A program made the position numbers and the translations under genes. A stretch of DNA of 64,000 nt, taken from the IMG/VR virus record IMGVR_UViG_3300032288_004534, positions 6,406 to 70,405 of that record; one strand, 5' to 3'. Origin of the DNA: a virus. Below, in pieces: positions 49,723 through 60,373 of this stretch. Each line of letters starts with the position of its first letter. Within the stretch, counting starts at the first letter, position 1. The notes beneath the pieces were generated by a model, which was not told the DNA's origin, made no database searches, and saw only the letters and a program-made list of their open reading frames with translations.

Positions 49723-50850
49723 TTACCTATTATTTTCCTTGATTTGTTCTTTTGTCACTATATCTGTTTCTTTGAAAGTAAGAGATATAACTACTTCCGA
49801 TGGTGAAGCTATATTTGGACTATCTAATGATCTAACATATGCTGGATAATTTTGAGGATGATAATTTACACCAAAATCAGTTAGTACAGATTCGCCTATT
49901 TGAAACAATTCATCTTTATTTCTAAATCTGATAACAAATACTTCAGGATATTCAAAAAATGCTCTTGATGTAGCGCCAGCTTCTGCTGTAATACTACTCG
50001 TAGTCTGACCAAGTTCTGGAAAACCTAATCCTGTAAGCAACCCTCTAGATATACCAGGCAGACCACCCACACCATAACTTGGTGACATATAATATTTAAA
50101 TAATCTAATAATGTCTTTTATATTTCTAGCTTCTCTAGCATTTCTAGGTGTCAAACTATATGTAAAACTATGCGTTCTAAAATTAACACCACTAAACAAT
50201 ACAACCTTATGGGGATTTCTAGCAATTCCAGCCATATTAGCTAAAACTGCCGTTGATGCTGGTGTTAATCTAGCTAATGCACCTGCTGCTGCCGAAGCTG
50301 TTGCAGCAGCAACCGTACCACTGCTAACACCCAAATTACCTAATACCGCAGCAAGATTATTTTGTAATCTCTGTAATGCTTGTGAAACACCTTGTCCTGT
50401 AGTTTGACCACCAAAGGCCCGCGCATATTCGGCAGGATTAATAGTCTGCCCCAATTGTCTGGCAAAACTTTCAGCATTAGAACCACCAACATTTGATGAT
50501 GCTGTAGCTACAATTTCTCCTAATGCACCTATTGGCGTTTCATCATAATTTACGCCGTAATTTGTTAGCAATGCGCCTGGCATAGGTAGTGTAATTCTAT
50601 GAACAGTTCGTGCAGCCTCTGTTGTACGATTAGTTAAGAGAGGTCCATCGCTAGCCAAAGATGATGTTCGTGTAACACTTTCAAATTTCAATACATTAAA
50701 TGTGACAAAATGATCAATATTCAGATAATCATTTGGAAAATAAATATTACCTGGTGGCGCTATATTAATAACAGGACCAGCGGGTTGAATAGTTTGACCT
50801 ACAGACCCGGCGGCCGCAGCCTCAGCATAAGTTGCTCCCTCAAATGCCAT
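49723..50850 (-). CDS. 48: Baseplate tail-tube cap gp48
   Basis: I.LPMP, NP...LF.GV.FR..SF.Y...PRN..EA, L.FKE. Confidence 0.82.
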   Translation of the reverse strand: MAFEGATYAEAAAAGSVGQTIQPAGPVINIAPPGNIYFPNDYLNIDHFVTFNVLKFESVTRTSSLASDGPLLTNRTTEAARTVHRITLPMPGALLTNYGVNYDETPIGALGEIVATASSNVGGSNAESFARQLGQTINPAEYARAFGGQTTGQGVSQALQRLQNNLAAVLGNLGVSSGTVAAATASAAAGALARLTPASTAVLANMAGIARNPHKVVLFSGVNFRTHSFTYSLTPRNAREARNIKDIIRLFKYYMSPSYGVGGLPGISRGLLTGLGFPELGQTTSSITAEAGATSRAFFEYPEVFVIRFRNKDELFQIGESVLTDFGVNYHPQNYPAYVRSLDSPNIASPSEVVISLTFKETDIVTKEQIKENNR

Positions 50851-50902
50851 CTGTGTTTTACCTCACTAATTAGTATTATATTTATTGCACTTGGAACAAA
50901 GT

Positions 50903-51349
50903 ATGGCTTACAAAGGCAAATACAGACCTATCAACCCAAAAAAATATAAAGGTGATCCTACCAATATTGTCTTTCGTTCACTTTGGGAACGAAAGGTCAT
51001 GGTCGAATTTGATACGAATGATTCGGTTCTTGAATGGGCATCCGAAGAAACGTTTGTTCCATATAAGTCACCCATAGACAATAAGTGGCATAGATATTTT
51101 CCCGATTTCATTATAAAAATGCGTGATAGGGGTGGTAATATAAAAGTCAAAATGATTGAGGTCAAACCCTATAACGAAACAAAACCTCCAGCTAAACACG
51201 ACGGATCAAAAAGACCAACTAGAAAATATCTTACTGAGGTTGCCAAATATGGGATAAATAGCGCAAAGTGGAAAGCTGCCCAAGAATATTGTGCTGATCG
51301 CGGGTGGGATTTTGAGATAATCACAGAAAAGGAATTAGGACTGCGCTGA
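50903..51349 (+). CDS. 4: Head completion nuclease gp4
   Basis: MAYKGKY.P.NPKKY.GD, RSLWE, W.SEE, HRYFPDF, EVKP. Confidence 0.93.
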   Translation: MAYKGKYRPINPKKYKGDPTNIVFRSLWERKVMVEFDTNDSVLEWASEETFVPYKSPIDNKWHRYFPDFIIKMRDRGGNIKVKMIEVKPYNETKPPAKHDGSKRPTRKYLTEVAKYGINSAKWKAAQEYCADRGWDFEIITEKELGLR

Positions 51350-51963
51350 TGGTAGCATATGTCTTTGATAACATATTAAAGCAGGGTTCAGGACGAGGTA
51401 TACTACAAACAAAAGAGCAGACATCAAGAAATTGGTTTCGCGCTCAGGCCAGCAAAGTTGCTATGAATCCAAATGCTTTAATGGCACAAGACCGAAGCGC
51501 ATTTCAATCCGTACCTATGATTGGTCAGATGTATCTTTTTGCATATGATCCAAAGACAAAAGATAAACTACCATATTATGATGCATATCCCCTAGTAATA
51601 CCTATTGATTCTGTTAGAACTGGTGGTAGAGCAGGTAAAGAAGGTAGTTTTATGGGTTTGAATATGCATTACCTACCTTTACGCTTGCGCGCAAGATTAA
51701 TGGATGCCCTTTATACTGTGATTAGTGACGAAAAATATGATGAAAGAACCCATCTAGAAATTTCATACAAAATGTTGAAATCAATAACACGGTATGAACT
51801 CTATAAACCTTGCATCAAGCAATATCTATTTTCTCATGTACGCACTAAATTCTTTAGAATAGATCCAACATCTTGGGACTTAGCCCTTTTCATGCCTCTT
51901 GATAGATTTGTCGGCTCAAGCAGAGAAGGTGTATATAATGATAGCTATAGGAAACTGAAATAA
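51349..51963 (+). CDS. 2: DNA end protector gp2
   Basis: YDPKTKDKLPYYD.YPL, GLNMHYLP, PCIKQYL..HV. Confidence 0.92.
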   Translation: MVAYVFDNILKQGSGRGILQTKEQTSRNWFRAQASKVAMNPNALMAQDRSAFQSVPMIGQMYLFAYDPKTKDKLPYYDAYPLVIPIDSVRTGGRAGKEGSFMGLNMHYLPLRLRARLMDALYTVISDEKYDERTHLEISYKMLKSITRYELYKPCIKQYLFSHVRTKFFRIDPTSWDLALFMPLDRFVGSSREGVYNDSYRKLK

Positions 51964-52871
51964 TGGCTAATCGCAGATTTAATGTCTCAGAATTTACTGC
52001 TGAAGTACATAAACGTGGTATTGCGAAACCGACTCATTTTTCCGTTATGGTAACTCTACCTAGCGCCATACGAGGATTTTTCAATACATCATTCATGCCA
52101 TTTAAGATTGAAAGCGCATCCATTCCTTCACGCAATCTGATGACAATAGATCAAAATTATCATGGACCAGTCAGAAAGATTCCATATCGGGTTATGAATT
52201 TTCCAATGCGACTAAGGGTTGCTCTTAGCGAAAACATGATAGAGCGCGAAATATTCATGGCTTGGCAAGACCTTGCGATATCTTCTGGTGGTATTTCCAG
52301 TTATCGTAGAGGTGGAGGAAAGGCACCAAAAGCTGGTGGATTTGATTCTACATTCTATGATGAAATGACTGGAATGATAGACATATTACAATTTGCAGAA
52401 TCACCAAAATTTCAAATACCTTCTGCATTAGAAGTTGGCGGTAGCTTGATTAGAGGTGATGTTGGAAGCTTGATTAATGATGTAATCGATATTTTCAATC
52501 CACTGAATATTAATGTATTTGATTCTCCTGGTGATAGATCAATATTTCCTCAATATCGCATTCAATTAGTGGAAGCATATCCAATCAATATTGGAGAAGT
52601 TGAAATGGATTGGTCTACTGATGGGCAAGCCAAACTTAATGTAGATATTGAATATTTCATCGCATATGAAAGACATCCCGATGCTCTTCCATTTGAAAAT
52701 CTATATGCTTTGGAGTCTTTGATCCGTGGTGTAGCAAATATGTTAGATCAATTTTCTCCGCTTATATCATTGTTTACCAGAAATGGTATATCTGGTGGTG
52801 TACGCGGTATTGTGAATCAGGTCGGAAATAATTTTAGAAATTCATTTTCGACTCAAAGATTTGGTATCTGA
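51963..52871 (+). CDS. Baseplate tail-tube initiator gp54-like
   Basis: G.AKP..F.V, SIPSR, EAYPINI.....W tube-fold motifs; synteny. Confidence 0.7.
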   Translation: MANRRFNVSEFTAEVHKRGIAKPTHFSVMVTLPSAIRGFFNTSFMPFKIESASIPSRNLMTIDQNYHGPVRKIPYRVMNFPMRLRVALSENMIEREIFMAWQDLAISSGGISSYRRGGGKAPKAGGFDSTFYDEMTGMIDILQFAESPKFQIPSALEVGGSLIRGDVGSLINDVIDIFNPLNINVFDSPGDRSIFPQYRIQLVEAYPINIGEVEMDWSTDGQAKLNVDIEYFIAYERHPDALPFENLYALESLIRGVANMLDQFSPLISLFTRNGISGGVRGIVNQVGNNFRNSFSTQRFGI

Positions 52872-52889
52872 ATGTGATAGGAGAACATC

Positions 52890-53597
52890 ATGCCCTTACC
52901 TAAAGTTTCGTCACCTACGTTTTCATTTAAGCTTCCTTCTACAGGAAAAGATGTTGTGTTTAGACCTTTTCTTGTCAAAGAGGAAAAGTCACTTCTTGTG
53001 GCAATGGAATCTAAGGACCTAGATCATATGCAAAGGGCTATGATTGAAGTTCTATCTGAATGTATTATGACAGAAGGTGTCGATGTTAAAAAACTACCGA
53101 TGTTTGATCTCGAATATCTTTTTCTAAAGATTAGATCAAAATCTGTAAGCGAAAAAGTAACATTAAATTATCGACATGTTGATGGGATCAATTATGAAGG
53201 AAAAGAATGTAGCATTGTCACACCTGTAGAAATTGACCTTGAAGAAGTTGAAGTCAAATTTAGAGATGATCATAAAAATACTATAGAATTGACTGATAAA
53301 CTTGTATTGAAAATGAGATATCCTAGCTTTGTTGATACCGTAGTAGGTGAAATTAATGATGAATTGGATTTGATTGCAAGATGCATAGAAGCTGTATATG
53401 ACGATGATGAAATCTATGAACCTGATAATCTGGAAGAGGCTAAACAATTCATTGGTTCTCTCAACAGTCAACAATTCTTAAAAGTTATGCAATTTTTTGA
53501 AACCATGCCAACATTAGAGCATACCGTGACCTACAAATGTACAGGGTGTGGTCAAGATGACACTATAGTGCTGAGAGGTTTATCTGATTTTTTTTGA
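52890..53597 (+). CDS. 26: Baseplate hub assembly gp26
   Basis: MPLPK..P, FRPFLVKEEK, FDLEYLFL.IR.KSV, C..C, GL.DFF. Confidence 0.9.
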   Translation: MPLPKVSSPTFSFKLPSTGKDVVFRPFLVKEEKSLLVAMESKDLDHMQRAMIEVLSECIMTEGVDVKKLPMFDLEYLFLKIRSKSVSEKVTLNYRHVDGINYEGKECSIVTPVEIDLEEVEVKFRDDHKNTIELTDKLVLKMRYPSFVDTVVGEINDELDLIARCIEAVYDDDEIYEPDNLEEAKQFIGSLNSQQFLKVMQFFETMPTLEHTVTYKCTGCGQDDTIVLRGLSDFF

Positions 53598-53770
53598 TGG
53601 CCCTCTCTCATAATACGCTGTCAAATTACTATACATTGAATTTTTCGCTTATGCAATACCACAAGTATAGCTTGACTGAAATAGAATCTATGATGCCATG
53701 GGAGAGGGAAGTTTACGTGAAGCTTTTGATAGATTACATCGAAACTGAAAAAGCTAAAAGGGAACAGTAA
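53597..53770 (+). CDS. 51: Baseplate hub assembly catalyst gp51-like (57 aa, not in ORF track)
   Basis: [57 protein letters not shown]; starts in a TGATG overlap with gp26. Confidence 0.85.
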   Translation: MALSHNTLSNYYTLNFSLMQYHKYSLTEIESMMPWEREVYVKLLIDYIETEKAKREQ

Positions 53771-53771
53771 A

Positions 53772-55880
53772 TTGGCATCACTTACCGAGGCCATAATGAG
53801 ATATAATATGAGCGGCCTCGAAACAAAAGCTGCTAACATAGCTGTATTGCCATTTCTATCATTAGTCACAAACAAAATTAAACCTAATACAAATGTCATC
53901 AGAACTTCTGGTGGTATATCTGATCAGCTTTTATCCCTTCGAAATTATGGTAGAAGGATGTTATCCATATTAAAAGGGATAAATGCTGAAAAAGAAAGAC
54001 AGAAAGCTATTCTTCAAAGAATAGAACGTGAAGAAGAAGAAAATAAAATTGAAGCATCTACCAGAGCGGTAGCAACTAAAGGTGAAATACAAAAAGTAAA
54101 ACCTGATGAAAATGAAGAAGATGATGGGTCTTCAATATTAAGAAGAATATTTGATGTAATCCGCGGAGCTTTTACTCTTTTACGCCGAATGATTACTAGA
54201 CTAACTACAGGTCTAAGAAGTATTATACCAGCATTAAGTGCAATAGGTACAGCAGTAAGCAGATTTTTACCGGGCCCATTAAGAGCTTTGGTATTAGGTA
54301 CTTCATTGGCATTGCAATTTATGACAAGAAGAGGTTCGGCTGCAACAAGATCAACTGAACCTGAAGATATAACTGGTCAAGGTTTTGATAATTTACTTAA
54401 TCCTGAAATTTCTGGTGGTGCGGCAGAGTCATCACAACCGTCTGGTCGAACGCAACCTGCCGCTGCTGCCGCGGCCGGGGCGGCCGCATCCGGAGCTACT
54501 GGAAGAGAAACGACAATTCCAGGAAGACCCTCTAGAGATTTTGCATCAGAGGTAACTGAAGGTGGTGGTCGTAGAAATTCACAAGGGGTTTTGTTAGACA
54601 TACCACCTGAAGGTAGAGGTTTATTAGATGCAATTGCTGTACCAGAAAGTGCAGGAAGATATGATGTTATTTACGGAGGACAAACATTATCTGATTATGG
54701 ACTTGACTATTCTAGACATCCTAGAATAGATATTCCAATTCAAAGTGGCCCAAACGTAAGAAATACGTCTAGTGCAGCAGGTAGATATCAATTTATCAAA
54801 GGCACTTGGGATAAAATATCGACAAAATATGATTTAAATGATTTTAGTCCGGCAAGCCAAGATAGAGCAGCTTGGTATCTAGCACAAGAAGATTACAAAA
54901 AACGCACTGGACGAGATTTGTATACAGATTTACGATCTGGTAATCTTCAAGAAGTTTCTCGCATGTTAAGTCCGACATGGACATCACTTGCAGGTGGAAT
55001 AGAAGCCCAATCATCTGGTGGTGGAACTGCATTTGAAAGAAATTATCAAGCAGGTCTTGCAGCAGGTAGACAGCAAATAGAGACATCTCGAAATGCTCGA
55101 ACATCCACAGCAGCACAATCTAGATCACAAACACAATCAACTGGAAATCCATCAGGCACTTCTACTACCCCACAATCCGCTCAACCAACAAATCAACGTA
55201 CATCATCAAATTCTACTGTACCGGGTCAAAATATTATAATATCTGCTAATGAGCAAACTACTATCAACAATCAATCGCAATCAGAAATTGAAACTAATCG
55301 TATTAGAACAAATAATACAGAAATTAATAGAGAAAATTCATCTACAAATAATACCGTTCAAAATATTGAAAACAACAGATCTTCACAAAGATTGGTGCCA
55401 AATGAAAATAGAGTGAACAATAATGAGGGCGCAAATCAAGGTAGAGTAACTAGAGATTTACCCACCACAAATAGTAATATACCAAGAGAATCACAAGATA
55501 CTTCTTCAAGATCAGAAGATAATAGACAAGCAGGTAGACAATCATCTGAAGGTAATAGACAATCATCGGAAAACACAAGTCGAGATAGAATAACTAGAGA
55601 TTTACCCACCACAAATAGTAATATACCAAGAGAATCACAAGATATTTCAAGTTCAAGCGAAACTCGTAGACAGACAACAGGTAGACAAGCAACAACACCT
55701 GCAACAGCATCTATAGAACCTTCAAGATCATATGGTAGAACACCATTTAATCAAGGGGTGCCAATACCTTCCAATGTTGTAGCATCAGCATCCCCTCGAG
55801 GTTTAAATGAGTTAGCAACCGGCCGCACACCATCAGGTGGTGTGCAATTTATACTTTTACCTATAGTATTTGAGGCATAG
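53772..55880 (+). CDS. Tape-measure/ejected-type protein with lambda-type lysozyme domain
   Basis: [23 protein letters not shown]...TW, DFSP.SQD.AA, W.SL; long polar low-complexity tail. Confidence 0.72.
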   Translation: MASLTEAIMRYNMSGLETKAANIAVLPFLSLVTNKIKPNTNVIRTSGGISDQLLSLRNYGRRMLSILKGINAEKERQKAILQRIEREEEENKIEASTRAVATKGEIQKVKPDENEEDDGSSILRRIFDVIRGAFTLLRRMITRLTTGLRSIIPALSAIGTAVSRFLPGPLRALVLGTSLALQFMTRRGSAATRSTEPEDITGQGFDNLLNPEISGGAAESSQPSGRTQPAAAAAAGAAASGATGRETTIPGRPSRDFASEVTEGGGRRNSQGVLLDIPPEGRGLLDAIAVPESAGRYDVIYGGQTLSDYGLDYSRHPRIDIPIQSGPNVRNTSSAAGRYQFIKGTWDKISTKYDLNDFSPASQDRAAWYLAQEDYKKRTGRDLYTDLRSGNLQEVSRMLSPTWTSLAGGIEAQSSGGGTAFERNYQAGLAAGRQQIETSRNARTSTAAQSRSQTQSTGNPSGTSTTPQSAQPTNQRTSSNSTVPGQNIIISANEQTTINNQSQSEIETNRIRTNNTEINRENSSTNNTVQNIENNRSSQRLVPNENRVNNNEGANQGRVTRDLPTTNSNIPRESQDTSSRSEDNRQAGRQSSEGNRQSSENTSRDRITRDLPTTNSNIPRESQDISSSSETRRQTTGRQATTPATASIEPSRSYGRTPFNQGVPIPSNVVASASPRGLNELATGRTPSGGVQFILLPIVFEA
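55447..55644 (+). repeat. Exact 54-bp direct repeat (55447-55500, 55591-55644)
   Basis: TAACTAGAGATTTACCCACC...TCACAAGATA twice, 144 bp apart, in frame. Confidence 0.9.
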
Positions 55881-55887
55881 CATATAG

Positions 55888-58155
55888 ATGGCAACTTTAT
55901 CAGAACTTTTTCAAAGAAATCCAAATGAAAATCAAGACTATCGTGATGCACTTTCTCGATATAGAGAAATTGCATCAAATGTGCGTATAGAAAAAGATGA
56001 TAGTATTACCAGAGCTGATAGAGAAAAAGCTCAAGATCAATATGTACCCTTATCTACTTTTTTAGCTTTTCGAAGTGATGTTTATCTTTATATTAGTCAA
56101 ATAGCGGATTTAACTCGTTCTGGTCTTGAAGAATTACAAAAAATTCTCAATTCTCAAGCTAAAGATACTGAGACTTTACGCAAATATGAGATGGAAAAGG
56201 ATGAAAGTAATTTAGAAAAGGGCCCAGGGCTTCTAGAACGTTCTTATGATAAAGTAAAAGATACTGTAAAAAATAACAAAGGTACAATTGCAGGTTTATT
56301 CGGTCTATTAGCCTTAGCTGGATTTATGAGTATCAATCCACAGCAGTTTGAAGATTTTGGTCAAGGAATTGATGATCTTATTTCTACCATAAGAGAGGGA
56401 TTATTAACAGCTGCTGGAATATTGGCAGCTGCCGAAGCAGCAAGAAGAGTTTTCAATAGAACAACAGGAAGAACACCAGCACCAAGCGCTGGTGGTGGGG
56501 GTTCTGGAACAACTGGTAATAGGGGATCCTCATCGGGTGCACCAGGTAATGCGGGTTCTGCGGGACCTGGTGGTCGACCAGGAACTTCAGGAAGTCCTGG
56601 AACTGCAGGTACAAGTGGTACAAGCGGTGGAATGGGTATTCCAGGATCTGCTGGTCAGAGAGGAACCGCAGGAACCGCCGGAACTGCTGGAACTGCTGGT
56701 CAAAGAGGAACTGCAGGCACTGCTGGAACCACCGGAACTGCTGGAACTGCAGGTCAAAGAGGAACTGCAGGCACTGCTGGTCAGAGAGGAATTCCTGGTA
56801 CTGCAGAAATTTCACGTGCAACGGAAACTTCTGGGCAAAGAGGAATTCCAGGTGCTGCAGGTCGAAGAGGAATTCCGGGCGCGCCAGGTGCTGGTGGTCA
56901 AAGAGGAACTGCAGGAACTGCTGGTCAAAGAGGTACAGCGCTGCGCGGCCCTGCTGGTGAAACTGGTGCTAGGGGAGCTCCCGGTGCTCAGGGAACTACC
57001 GCAAGAACTCCTATATCAGGTCAAAGAGCGATTGGTCGTAGAATAGAACCGAGGCTTCTACCCGAAACTAGACCATCAGGTGGTTCTAGAGGAACAGTCG
57101 TATGGAATGAAAGAGCAGGTCGTTTTCAAGATACAAGTCGTCCAAGAAATCCATTTATAACTTTTAGAGAAGCTGCTTCAAGGGGTTATTATCCACCACC
57201 AGGAAGTCCTGAACGAATTTCACCCACACCATCATCTAGAGTGGCACCTGCAATAGCACCTGAAGCTGCATCAAGACCTTCAATGGTATCTAGAATATCA
57301 GGTATGATAACCAGACCGGGTGAACTTTTAAGAACAGCAGTAGCCTCGCCAGTGGGTCAAGCATTGACAAGAACATTTAGTGGTGTGATGACCGCGACAT
57401 ATGTTATATCTCAGGCAAGTGAAATCAACAGTTTACGTCAACAATTTAATTCAGGATTAATTACAAGAGAACAATATAGAGCAGGCATAGCTAGAATAGT
57501 TGGTGAAACTGCTGGTGGTGTTTTAGGATCTGCATTAGGTTCTCGTGGTGGTTTTATAGGAGCAATGCTTGGTGGATTTGGTGGTCACGTATTAGGTGGT
57601 AGAACAGGTTCTCTCATAGAAAGAACTCCAATTCCTGGTATTGTTGATAGAGTATATCAAATATTAAATGAAAGACCACAATCAGTAGAAGAACGAAATG
57701 CCGCTCAACGAGAAGTAGAAAGAATACAATCTGGCGGTCCAGTAAGAAGCCCTGCTGAACAAGCTAGACGCGAAGCGCAAACTCAAGGTAGAATGGCTCT
57801 ACCTGAAAGAAGCGGTTCTCGTGAAGAAGTTATGCGTACAATAACTCAAGCACGCGAGCAAGGGGTAATATCACGAGAAGAAGCTCTTAGATTAACTCAA
57901 CAGACTAGGGTACGAGGTGGCCCTGGTGCAGTAAACACAGAAGATGTTATACGTTCATTGCGCGAAAGAATGAATCCGGATATGGCTAATCCGGCTCCTC
58001 CTACTATGTTGAATCCAATAGTTATACCATCCCAAACGCGTCCGCAAACTAATCAACCACAACGACAAGAAAATACGCCTCCTCCAGTCGGTATGCAAGC
58101 ACGCAATTTGGAGGAGGCGTTAATAGATGCGATAACTAGAACGGTGAGAAATTAA
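55888..58155 (+). CDS. Tape-measure-like protein with hydrophobic segments and Gly-X-Y tract
   Basis: GLFGLLALAGF segment; (GTA/GQR/GIP)n; glycine zipper GGVLGSALG...GAMLGGFGG. Confidence 0.6.
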   Translation: MATLSELFQRNPNENQDYRDALSRYREIASNVRIEKDDSITRADREKAQDQYVPLSTFLAFRSDVYLYISQIADLTRSGLEELQKILNSQAKDTETLRKYEMEKDESNLEKGPGLLERSYDKVKDTVKNNKGTIAGLFGLLALAGFMSINPQQFEDFGQGIDDLISTIREGLLTAAGILAAAEAARRVFNRTTGRTPAPSAGGGGSGTTGNRGSSSGAPGNAGSAGPGGRPGTSGSPGTAGTSGTSGGMGIPGSAGQRGTAGTAGTAGTAGQRGTAGTAGTTGTAGTAGQRGTAGTAGQRGIPGTAEISRATETSGQRGIPGAAGRRGIPGAPGAGGQRGTAGTAGQRGTALRGPAGETGARGAPGAQGTTARTPISGQRAIGRRIEPRLLPETRPSGGSRGTVVWNERAGRFQDTSRPRNPFITFREAASRGYYPPPGSPERISPTPSSRVAPAIAPEAASRPSMVSRISGMITRPGELLRTAVASPVGQALTRTFSGVMTATYVISQASEINSLRQQFNSGLITREQYRAGIARIVGETAGGVLGSALGSRGGFIGAMLGGFGGHVLGGRTGSLIERTPIPGIVDRVYQILNERPQSVEERNAAQREVERIQSGGPVRSPAEQARREAQTQGRMALPERSGSREEVMRTITQAREQGVISREEALRLTQQTRVRGGPGAVNTEDVIRSLRERMNPDMANPAPPTMLNPIVIPSQTRPQTNQPQRQENTPPPVGMQARNLEEALIDAITRTVRN

Positions 58156-59096
58156 TCTTCCTCAGCCAGTCGTTCAAACAAGCTGATATCATCACCTTCC
58201 CACGGTGGACGGACCGAAGCACCAGCAACGGCGCTAGCTGCCTTAGGAAGAGTTTCTACAAGAGTAGAACGAGACTTAGGCTCAGCTGAAGCGCGTGATG
58301 CAGGCCGTTCCTCACGTTCATCATCTTCATCATTTGATGCGCGACGAGGAGCAGCCTCATTCAATACGCGTTCAAGGCGCGCCTTCAATTCTTCATAAGT
58401 CTTGAATTGATCAGGTGCAACAAAAGCTTGAAGCTTATGCTGCGAAGCCCAGATATTCTCAAGATCACCATCATTATCAGACAGAGGTTCAGGACGATCA
58501 AATTCTGACTTGTCATAATTACGATAGCCCTCGACGTTGCGAATCTTCAGCTTGAAATTCGCACCAGCCCAGAAATCGAAGGGATTGACGGCCTTCTCAT
58601 CCTCAAACTGAGGTGTCATCATCTCATTGATCTTGTCAAAAATCTTCTTACCAAACTTGAACAGCTTGACCTTACCCTCATTTTGAGGATTCGCTGGATC
58701 CTTGACAACATAGATGTTAGCAATATAAGAAAGGCGCCGCTTTTGTTTACGAGCGATTTCCTTGTCCTTATCACTACCGCTATTCCACAGCTTAGAGTTT
58801 AGCTCGGCCACTGGATCTTTCTGACCAAGAGTCGTCAGAGAGTTTTCGATATACCAACCACCTGGGCCTTGAAACCCATGCGACCAAATACGAACCCAGG
58901 GAAGATCCTCACCCTTAGCAGCAGGAAGAAAACGAATCACCGCATAACCGTTACCAGCCTTGTCAACCTCGGGTTGCCAAAAACGGTCATCGGATTCGCG
59001 CTGATTGGTGCCACCTGCTAGCTTACCGATCTCCTTAGTAAGGCGATCCAGATTATTGGTGGAAGAACGCTTCAATGAAGCGAAGTCATTAGTCAT
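58152..59096 (-). CDS. 32: ssDNA-binding protein gp32
   Basis: DDRFW, GNGYAVIRFLP, WYIENSLTT, GANFKLKIR.VEGYRNYD, acidic tail. Confidence 0.96.
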   Translation of the reverse strand: MTNDFASLKRSSTNNLDRLTKEIGKLAGGTNQRESDDRFWQPEVDKAGNGYAVIRFLPAAKGEDLPWVRIWSHGFQGPGGWYIENSLTTLGQKDPVAELNSKLWNSGSDKDKEIARKQKRRLSYIANIYVVKDPANPQNEGKVKLFKFGKKIFDKINEMMTPQFEDEKAVNPFDFWAGANFKLKIRNVEGYRNYDKSEFDRPEPLSDNDGDLENIWASQHKLQAFVAPDQFKTYEELKARLERVLNEAAPRRASNDEDDEREERPASRASAEPKSRSTLVETLPKAASAVAGASVRPPWEGDDISLFERLAEED

Positions 59097-59165
59097 TTGT
59101 ATATTCTCCGTATGTTTTGTATGTTTTGTGTGTCTTGTATTTCACTTCGATCATGACGACACATC

Positions 59166-59196
59166 TACTTATATCATGTCGAACTGCCTGTGTCAA
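59166..59196 (-). promoter_or_regulatory. Composite sigma70/late promoter of gp32
   Basis: TTGACA-N17-TATAAG, with the -10 continuing as TATAAGTA. Confidence 0.7.
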
Positions 59197-59786
59197 GAAA
59201 TAAACACTTGACGCATGGTTTTCTTCAAAATAGATGCATCGGCTTTAACAAAGGGTCCGTATTTTCTCATTTTGCGAGACACATCAGGCCAGATGATCGT
59301 ATCTTGAATACGTGCATCCCATGCTTGATGAAATCCCAAAACCCTATCAGCCAATATCAAACTCTCAAGCTTTATTTTATCACCAAGATGCAAGCGAAGC
59401 ACCTCAGGATGATCACCATTAGACTGCCATGCCTTATTAACATCCTGACATGAATCGGCTATGAGTTGCATATCTTGTTTAAACATGTAAGAGATAGATT
59501 CCATATGCCGTTTCCAATCGACATAAGTTTTTTCAGCCTCTAGCGTAATCAGATCACCAACCCATTTGATGCCTTTACCTCTAGACATGTTTGCAACATA
59601 AAAATTAGTCAGATCATCTTTGTATCTACGTTCCAGTTTGCGAAAGTGAAATACATCTTTTCTGATTTCAAATGCACTTTCGCTAATTGAACGCGTCTTA
59701 CCCATATATTTGAAATAGTCATACCTATCCTGCGTGAAGTGTAGCTTCAACGCGACATATTCTTGGTAGGCTTTCATTCCTTCCAT
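59193..59786 (-). CDS. 59: Helicase loader gp59
   Basis: Y..YVALKLHF...YDYFKY.GK, F..RKD...F.KL, KY.PF. Confidence 0.88.
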   Translation of the reverse strand: MEGMKAYQEYVALKLHFTQDRYDYFKYMGKTRSISESAFEIRKDVFHFRKLERRYKDDLTNFYVANMSRGKGIKWVGDLITLEAEKTYVDWKRHMESISYMFKQDMQLIADSCQDVNKAWQSNGDHPEVLRLHLGDKIKLESLILADRVLGFHQAWDARIQDTIIWPDVSRKMRKYGPFVKADASILKKTMRQVFIS

Positions 59787-60373
59787 TTAAACAGGGCGTC
59801 TCCCGTTCCTCTTTCATTGAAAAAAGTTCCAATTAATTCAAATCGATCTGATAATATATTTGTTATATCAGAAAAAGTACACGCACCTTCATATAAAGGT
59901 GTCTCACTTGCCTCACAGAAAATATATTTTGTTTTGATTAATGTATCCTTCGCACCAGCCAATACCTTATCTTCACTACCTTGTGCATCAATCACAAGTA
60001 AATCGACATTCATCTCCTCGAATAGTCCATCAAGAGTAGCACATGGAACTGTGATCTTATCGATGAAGTTACATCTATGCATTTCGTTATTTGGTGTAGC
60101 ATAAATGCTTGATGACATACCTTGATTATCTGCGATATGAAATTCAATTTCACCATCATAATCCATGCAGGCACATTCATATATTACAACTTTATTACCA
60201 GATCCCCATTTCTCAGCCAAACCTTGAGCGATACTAGGAATTGGCTCTATGAGAACTATTTTCTCAACACCTGATGCAATATAATGATCGACTTCAGCAC
60301 CTGTAGATGCACCTACATGCACTACAGTTTGTGGCTGAATCATATCGATTATATTTTCAACTTTGATCTTCAT
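59774..60373 (-). CDS. FkbM-family methyltransferase
   Basis: HVGASTG.E, IEP, SSS, TLD, IDAQGSE..VL.G, LYEG, GDALF. Confidence 0.88.
   Translation of the reverse strand: MKIKVENIIDMIQPQTVVHVGASTGAEVDHYIASGVEKIVLIEPIPSIAQGLAEKWGSGNKVVIYECACMDYDGEIEFHIADNQGMSSSIYATPNNEMHRCNFIDKITVPCATLDGLFEEMNVDLLVIDAQGSEDKVLAGAKDTLIKTKYIFCEASETPLYEGACTFSDITNILSDRFELIGTFFNERGTGDALFKWKE

Noticed and set aside
54466-54490. GC-rich inverted repeat GCGGCCG-GGG-CGGCCGC
   Set aside because: Lies within a poly-Ala coding tract with no U-tail; no supported function.
56453-57046. Overlapping ORFs 56453-56821 and 56492-57046
   Set aside because: Frame shadows of the 9-bp Gly-X-Y repeat.
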